64,000 nt of DNA from the NCBI GenBank assembly GCA_965227295.1, contig OZ245742.1:3808001-3872000 (forward strand), in the 5' to 3' direction. The notes beneath the pieces are model-generated. The model was not told the origin of the DNA, made no database searches, and was given only the letters and a program-made list of their open reading frames with translations. Positions 58,742 through 64,000 of this stretch are shown piece by piece; position 1 is the first letter of the stretch; each line of letters begins with the position of its first letter. The position numbers and the translations under genes were made by a program. Source of the DNA: Leptonemataceae bacterium. Lineage in GTDB: Bacteria; Spirochaetota; Leptospiria; Leptospirales; Leptonemataceae.

Positions 58742-60027
58742 AGAAAATCAAAGTGGCAGATCTCAAGCCGGGCATGGTTTTCGATCAGCCCGTGTACATC
58801 GATCCCACGAACGTTCTGGTCCAGGCGAAGCAGGAAATTTCGGCGAAGGACATCGAGCGGCTCACGAAATGGGGCATCCTGCAGGTCGAAACCAGCGGCC
58901 GACTGCTCAACGAAGAAGCGAACGAGGAAGCTGCCGGGGCGGCAACGGCAGCGAAAGCGGGCGCGGCGTCCGGCGGCGCCGCAGTGCCCGCCGCAGCCGG
59001 CGCCCCCCAGGGCGGTGCTCCGGCCGGCGGAGGCGGGACGATCGTCTCGCCTGGCGGCGATAAAAAAAGCGAAGAAATCGTAAAGATCAGCGCGGAGTAC
59101 GAAACGTTGCGCAAGTTCAAGCGCAACTTCCGGAACCTCATTGTTGAAACCGGGGAAGTGCTGCAGACGAACATCCAGGCTCTCGTCGACGGTAAGAACT
59201 TCGAGAACCAGGCTGTCATCAAAGTGGCCGGGCGCCTGGTTGAGGAGCTAACTTCTAAGGATCTATTGTTACTGTCGTTGCGCGGTCTGCGCTACGGCGG
59301 GAATTGGAGTATCTTCCACTCCATTCACGCCGCGTGTTACGGCATCACCCTCGGACACGCTTTGAACTATTCCCGGCCGAAGCTTCAGGAACTGGCCTTC
59401 GCCATGCTGCTCATGGATGCCGGCATGCACAAACTGCCCGGTCACATTCGCGACAAGGCCGCTGAACTTACGGAAGCCGAACGCGCGTCGGTAAAGACGC
59501 ATCCACTGATCGGCTACCAGATGCTCGTCAAGATCGGCAAGGTCAAAGGCTCCCTGGCCACGGTAGCATTGCAGCATCACGAGTCCTTCGACGGGAACGG
59601 CTACCCGCAATCGCTGAAGTCCGGCCAGATCGAAGAGTCGTCCCGCATCGCTTCGATCTGCGACGTATACACCGCCATGATCGAGCCGCGGCCGTATCGT
59701 AAGGCGGTCCTGCCGTATGATGCCATGAAGAACATGCTTTCGGTACAGATGGCGAAGTTCGATCCGAAAATCCTGCGTACATTTTTAGGACGCATTTCCA
59801 TTTACCCGCTGGGTTCGCTCGTGCAACTGAGCAGCAATCACATCGGCATGGTGACGGCGTGCCGCCCGGACAAACCCCTGCGTCCGATCCTGCGACTCAT
59901 GCGGGACGAGGGCGGGCTGCCGTACAACGGCCTTGAGTTCGTCGACCTCATCAAACAAACCGACGTCTACATCGTCAAAGCCCTCGACGCTCCGTCCGCC
60001 GGCATCGACCTGGATTCCGAGATCTAA
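58738..60027 (+). CDS. HD-GYP domain protein with degenerate HD dyad
   Basis: HP..GY, QHHESFDGNGYP, DVYTAM..PRPYR; LMDAG in place of LHDIG; N-terminal VADLKPGM domain. Confidence 0.9.
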   Translation: MKKIKVADLKPGMVFDQPVYIDPTNVLVQAKQEISAKDIERLTKWGILQVETSGRLLNEEANEEAAGAATAAKAGAASGGAAVPAAAGAPQGGAPAGGGGTIVSPGGDKKSEEIVKISAEYETLRKFKRNFRNLIVETGEVLQTNIQALVDGKNFENQAVIKVAGRLVEELTSKDLLLLSLRGLRYGGNWSIFHSIHAACYGITLGHALNYSRPKLQELAFAMLLMDAGMHKLPGHIRDKAAELTEAERASVKTHPLIGYQMLVKIGKVKGSLATVALQHHESFDGNGYPQSLKSGQIEESSRIASICDVYTAMIEPRPYRKAVLPYDAMKNMLSVQMAKFDPKILRTFLGRISIYPLGSLVQLSSNHIGMVTACRPDKPLRPILRLMRDEGGLPYNGLEFVDLIKQTDVYIVKALDAPSAGIDLDSEI

Positions 60028-60035
60028 GCGCCGCA

Positions 60036-60434
60036 GTGAAAGGCCGTAGCGATCGCAAGTTTCGCCACCCCGATGAAGGCCGGGCGCTCGCATTTCTCGA
60101 AGGCCGCGGCCACATCTTACTGCGTCACAACTATCACACCGGCTATGCCGAAATCGATTTGCTTACGCTGGAACCGGCGCGCGCGGTACTGCACGTCGTC
60201 GAAGTAAAGGCCTGGGCCGGAGACATGGTCCATCCGACGGAGAGTTTTTTAACGAAGAAGAAGCGGGACGGCCTGCGGCGGGCGGTGTTGTCGTTTATGA
60301 GTGAGCTGGAAAACGATGCGGGCGTAACGCGGTTGATCGCGGAACACGGCCTGCATGCGGATGAGCTCGACATAAGCTTTGATCTCGCCTGGCTGCGCGG
60401 CGATTCGGTGGAGTGGTTTTCGGAATTGTTTTGA
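60036..60434 (+). CDS. yraN: YraN-family PD-(D/E)XK endonuclease
   Basis: E..A..FL...G..LL..NY....AEIDL......L.VVEVK, FDL. Confidence 0.8.
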   Translation: MKGRSDRKFRHPDEGRALAFLEGRGHILLRHNYHTGYAEIDLLTLEPARAVLHVVEVKAWAGDMVHPTESFLTKKKRDGLRRAVLSFMSELENDAGVTRLIAEHGLHADELDISFDLAWLRGDSVEWFSELF

Positions 60435-60656
60435 TTCGAAATTCCTGCACGATATGGCAGGCCGTTATGTCACTTGAACACGGACGTGCGGATTGTCCCG
60501 CCGGTTTGCTTTTTTACGACGCGGGTCTGTGCAGTCATGAAAATCATCCATCGCGATTTTTGTGCCCGACCGAAGATGTATTCGGGAGCGCTAAAGTAAG
60601 CGAGCGCACCTCGTTCCACGGATGGAACGCACAACATATGTTACAGGGACGTAACC

Positions 60657-60857
60657 ATGAAAACTCTCTTAGAAGACGTCGCCCTCGCCGGCGAGGATCG
60701 GGGCTTCGGTCCGGATCCCGTGTTAATGAAAAAGAAAGGCACCCCGTACATCGATCGGGACATCGACGAGTTCAAACGAAAGATATCTGATAAAGATTAT
60801 ATGGAGCACGCGATTGACCGGATTGCTCTGGAGCTGATGCACTTTCTCTCACGATAA
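60657..60857 (+). CDS. Small hypothetical protein (FlgM C-terminus-like)
   Basis: AGGGA ribosome-binding site; IDEFKRKISDKDYMEHAIDRIALEL. Confidence 0.55.
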   Translation: MKTLLEDVALAGEDRGFGPDPVLMKKKGTPYIDRDIDEFKRKISDKDYMEHAIDRIALELMHFLSR

Positions 60858-60863
60858 AGCCCG

Positions 60864-62435
60864 TCATTCGGGGGCCAAACGGTACTCATCGAGCATCCGA
60901 AATCCCTCGGCTTCCAGAATATCTACCTCGCGAATTTCGGCGGCTGACTCGAGGTCAGCCAACGTTCGGGCCAGTCGCCGAATTCCCACGAGAGCCCGCC
61001 TGCTGTACTTCGCATTTCCGCTGAATTCTTCCCACAGGCCGCGCGCCTTTGCATCCAGACGAGCGTATTGCTCCAGTTCTTCTACGTTCAATCGACCATT
61101 GTAGCAAAGATTCCTGCGCTTCGCATAACGTTCCCGTCGCAGTGTATCGGCCGCGGCCAGACGCGTGTGCATTTCTTTCATGGTATAAGGCTCATCACGG
61201 GTGTCGCCGTCCACGCGGACTTCGATATCGATGCGATCCCGCAGCGGGCCGAGGATGCGTCCGAGATACGAGCGCACCGATTGCGGCGTGCATTCGCAGA
61301 GCGACGCCTCGCCGGGCGGCGCATCTTTGCGCGCATGTTTGTGATAACCGCAGGGGCAGGGGTTCGTGGTGGCGGCGAGCAGGAACTGCGCCGGCAACAC
61401 CGTGCTCTCCCGACCGCGGCTGATGCGAATTTGACCTTCTTGTAGAGGCTCGCGCAATGCCTGCAGACTATCGCGAGAAAACTCGGCGAGCTCGTCGAGG
61501 ATCAACACGCCGCGGTGCGCGCGGGTGATTTCTCCAGGCAGCAGGGGTTGGCCGCCGCCGATCATGGCGCGCAAAGTACAGGAATGATGCGGAGCGCGCA
61601 GCGGTCGCCACACCGGTATCTCTCCATTGCGGGGCAGCGTTTCGAATTCGCCGCCGCTGTTATTCAGGAAGATATCGAGTCGTTCGCTTGCGTCGGGCGC
61701 GGGAAGGAGCGGGGCCAGTTCCCGCGCCAGGCTGCTCTTGCCGGTTCCCGGCGGGCCGATCATCAGCAGGGCGTGGAATCCCGCGGCCGCGGCCATGAGT
61801 GCACGCTGGTTCTGCCGGGAGATTTTCAATCGATCCAGGCGCGAAGGCGGTTGGCGGGCTACCAATCTCAGTTGGGAAGGGGAAGCGGGGGGTGTGGGCC
61901 GGCCGTGCAGTTCGCGGAGATTGCGCAGCCCGTAGACGATCATATCCGTCACCATTCCCGCCACGGGTAGTTGTTCCGCGGCAACCACCGCACATCGAAA
62001 TCCGTAACTCCTCGCGTTATGCAGCAGTCCGACCAGGTCTCGCACCGGAACGAGGTCTCCGTTGAGAGCGAGTTCGGCGGCGAAGAGCGTACGGTGGCCC
62101 TCGCGTAGCTCCGCATGGATCAGCTCTTCGAGCAGCGAGCCGGAGGGTGGCGGGGCGAGGGCGTTCATGATACAGACCGCCACGGCCAGGTCCAGGTACG
62201 CGCCCCGTCGTCGGGCCTCCGTCGGCGAGAGATTTACCAGAAGATTCATGGCCGGGAAGCGGTGTCCGCTCGCATACAGCGCGCTCTTGATGCGTTCGGC
62301 ACTCTCGCGATGACGTTGGAGACCGTTGATCTGAAACGAGGGCAATCCGCGTCGGAACACGGCTTCGACGGTGGTCACGTTGCTTTCGAACGGTCCGTTG
62401 AGGTAAAGGGTGCTGAGGGAGGCATATCGACGCAT
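60864..62435 (-). CDS. comM: YifB/ComM Mg-chelatase-like AAA+ ATPase
   Basis: RESAERIKSAL, NLSP, GPPGTGKS, RAPHHS, PGEITRAHRGVLILDELAEF, NPCPCGY, GPLRDRID, ARTLADL. Confidence 0.9.
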   Translation of the reverse strand: MRRYASLSTLYLNGPFESNVTTVEAVFRRGLPSFQINGLQRHRESAERIKSALYASGHRFPAMNLLVNLSPTEARRRGAYLDLAVAVCIMNALAPPPSGSLLEELIHAELREGHRTLFAAELALNGDLVPVRDLVGLLHNARSYGFRCAVVAAEQLPVAGMVTDMIVYGLRNLRELHGRPTPPASPSQLRLVARQPPSRLDRLKISRQNQRALMAAAAGFHALLMIGPPGTGKSSLARELAPLLPAPDASERLDIFLNNSGGEFETLPRNGEIPVWRPLRAPHHSCTLRAMIGGGQPLLPGEITRAHRGVLILDELAEFSRDSLQALREPLQEGQIRISRGRESTVLPAQFLLAATTNPCPCGYHKHARKDAPPGEASLCECTPQSVRSYLGRILGPLRDRIDIEVRVDGDTRDEPYTMKEMHTRLAAADTLRRERYAKRRNLCYNGRLNVEELEQYARLDAKARGLWEEFSGNAKYSRRALVGIRRLARTLADLESAAEIREVDILEAEGFRMLDEYRLAPE

Positions 62436-62516
62436 GCCGTGGAGAGGGAGTGGCCGGCCTCGTTCGTTGCGCACTTTTTCCGCGAAAGTTGATTTTTTTT
62501 TGCCGTACAGGTCGCG

Positions 62517-62960
62517 ATGAAGAACGGTGCACCGGTGTTTGCGATCCGAAGCATCTCTCTTTGCGGAATTCTTGCCGTAGCCGTTTTGCTGGCGCCGGCC
62601 TGCGCTCCGGCCCTGTTGCGGCAGCCGGACGTCCAGAATCTGAACAACCAGTACGGCAATCAGATCTTCGTGGCGACGAAAGACATCGAGGCCGGCTTCA
62701 GCACGCCCGAAAATCCCGAGAAACCGGAGATCCTGTTTGCCCGGGGCGCGCGTGTGCGGTTGCGCGTGGAAAGCCAGGGCGACTGGTTACGTGTGCGGGC
62801 CATCCCGGCGGACCAGGACCGCGAGCACAACCCGGGGCAGGTGGTCATCTACGTCTTTCGCGACTTCCTTGAGGAAGACGAAGAGCCGGACGAGGTGGTG
62901 GATCGTTACCCGCCGGATCGTCTCCAGCAGGAGATTGACGCCCTGTTCCGGCCGGAATAA
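62517..62960 (+). CDS. Lipoprotein, resembling spirochete type II secretion system-associated lipoproteins
   Basis: Lipobox-like LLAPAC; LF.RG.RVRL.VES..DWLRVRA.P....RE..PG..VIY.F; position before a LysM/M23 gene. Confidence 0.6.
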   Translation: MKNGAPVFAIRSISLCGILAVAVLLAPACAPALLRQPDVQNLNNQYGNQIFVATKDIEAGFSTPENPEKPEILFARGARVRLRVESQGDWLRVRAIPADQDREHNPGQVVIYVFRDFLEEDEEPDEVVDRYPPDRLQQEIDALFRPE

Positions 62961-63021
62961 GTCCGGAATCGAGTAAAAGTCGCATTATAGAATTCAGAGG
63001 GATCAGGTCGATACTGGAATT

Positions 63022-63999
63022 ATGACCCGGAGTAGTTGGAATACCTTTCTCATCATTGCATTCATTCTTGGAGTTGCGCCCGCGACGCTCGTCTCCCGTT
63101 CCACCGACGAGATGTGGCAGCGCCAGGCCGTAGAAGCCCCGGCCGCGGCGCGGAAGGCCATCTCGGACCAGAACGAGGGGGACGAAATCGACCACGAAAT
63201 CGACCGCTACTTTGCCGGCATGAGCGAGAACAAGGGCGTGGATGTGGACGAGCGCAAGCTCGAACAGATCTTTGGTCCGTCGCGAAGCATCGACAACGAG
63301 GTGCACCCCGACGATCACGAGGACGGCAGCTTCAGTTTCGCGAATCGCGGGAATGCCGAGGACGACGGCCTGGTTTCCCACAAGGTCGTGGCCGGCGATA
63401 CGATCTGGGGTCTCAGCAAGAAATACGGCATCAAACCGCAACAGGTCGTGCAGCACAATCCGGAGCTGCGCAAGCGCCCGCTCTACATCGGTGAAGAAAT
63501 TTTAATTATCCGCGGCGATGACGCGAAGCCGGTGAAGGCGCGCGCGAGAGTCGTCTATCATCGCGTACAGAAAGGCGACACGCTTTCCGAGATTGCCCGT
63601 CGGCATGGCGTGTCGGTTGGCGCGCTACAGAAGTGGAATCGCATCAGCAATAAATCCATCATCCGCATCGGCCAGCGGCTGAAGATCGTGAAGGGCACGG
63701 CCGGTCCGCCGAACGGTTACCGTTATGCGCGCGTCTTCGAATGGCCGTTGCGCGGCACCATCACTTCCGGCTACGGTCGGCGCTCGAATCCCTTTGTGCG
63801 TTCCCGGCGCCAGTACCACCGCGGCATCGACATCGGGGCCGCCATTGGTACGCCGATTCGCGCCGCACGGGACGGTGTGGTGATCATGTCCCGGCGCATG
63901 GGCGGTTACGGGAACTGCATCTTCATCCGGCACTCCAACGGTTACGTCTCCGTTTATGCGCACAATATGTTGAACAAAGTGAAAGAAGGCGAGGTCGTA
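63022..63999 (+). CDS. LysM x2 plus M23 peptidoglycan DD-metalloendopeptidase; 3' end runs off the window
   Basis: Not in the ORF track. Manual translation gives HKVVAGDTIWGLSKKYGI, HRVQKGDTLSEIARRHGVSV, WPLRGTITSGYG.R, HRGIDI, GYGN, YAH. Confidence 0.93.
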   Translation, partial: MTRSSWNTFLIIAFILGVAPATLVSRSTDEMWQRQAVEAPAAARKAISDQNEGDEIDHEIDRYFAGMSENKGVDVDERKLEQIFGPSRSIDNEVHPDDHEDGSFSFANRGNAEDDGLVSHKVVAGDTIWGLSKKYGIKPQQVVQHNPELRKRPLYIGEEILIIRGDDAKPVKARARVVYHRVQKGDTLSEIARRHGVSVGALQKWNRISNKSIIRIGQRLKIVKGTAGPPNGYRYARVFEWPLRGTITSGYGRRSNPFVRSRRQYHRGIDIGAAIGTPIRAARDGVVIMSRRMGGYGNCIFIRHSNGYVSVYAHNMLNKVKEGEVV

Positions 64000-64000
64000 A

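Overview
A GC-rich (roughly 60% by eye), almost entirely + strand core-chromosome segment. Gene order points to a Leptospiraceae/Leptospirales-like spirochete (inference from synteny): rpsB-tsf-pyrH-frr-uppS-cdsA-dxr-rseP-proS-trpB-trpA-cyclase-dxs; rfaE1-rfaE2-pyrG-kdsA-lptC-lptA-lptB-rpoN-hpf-hprK-HPr-NtrY/NtrX-like-priA; fmt-PASTA-rpe-rpsP-khpA-rimM-trmD-rplS-rnhB-...-yraN. Accessory material is limited to (1) an RHH/PIN toxin-antitoxin-like pair ahead of a leucine-catabolism-type operon, (2) a ~900-bp degenerate tandem array with a ~330-bp unit beside a small Cys-rich exported protein, (3) an intact IS3-family element with a -1 frameshift site next to a LamG lipoprotein inserted between pyrG and kdsA, and (4) several palindromic intergenic elements. 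I found no tRNA, rRNA or CRISPR array and no recognisable complete defence system. The best candidates for undescribed biology are a ~110-125-nt multi-hairpin repeat family with clear covariation (3 copies), the 330-bp tandem array, and several proteins with altered active sites (UDG-family-4-like Fe-S protein, PIN protein, MD-GYP protein, 3-Cys DinG). All calls come from reading motifs; no database searches were run.
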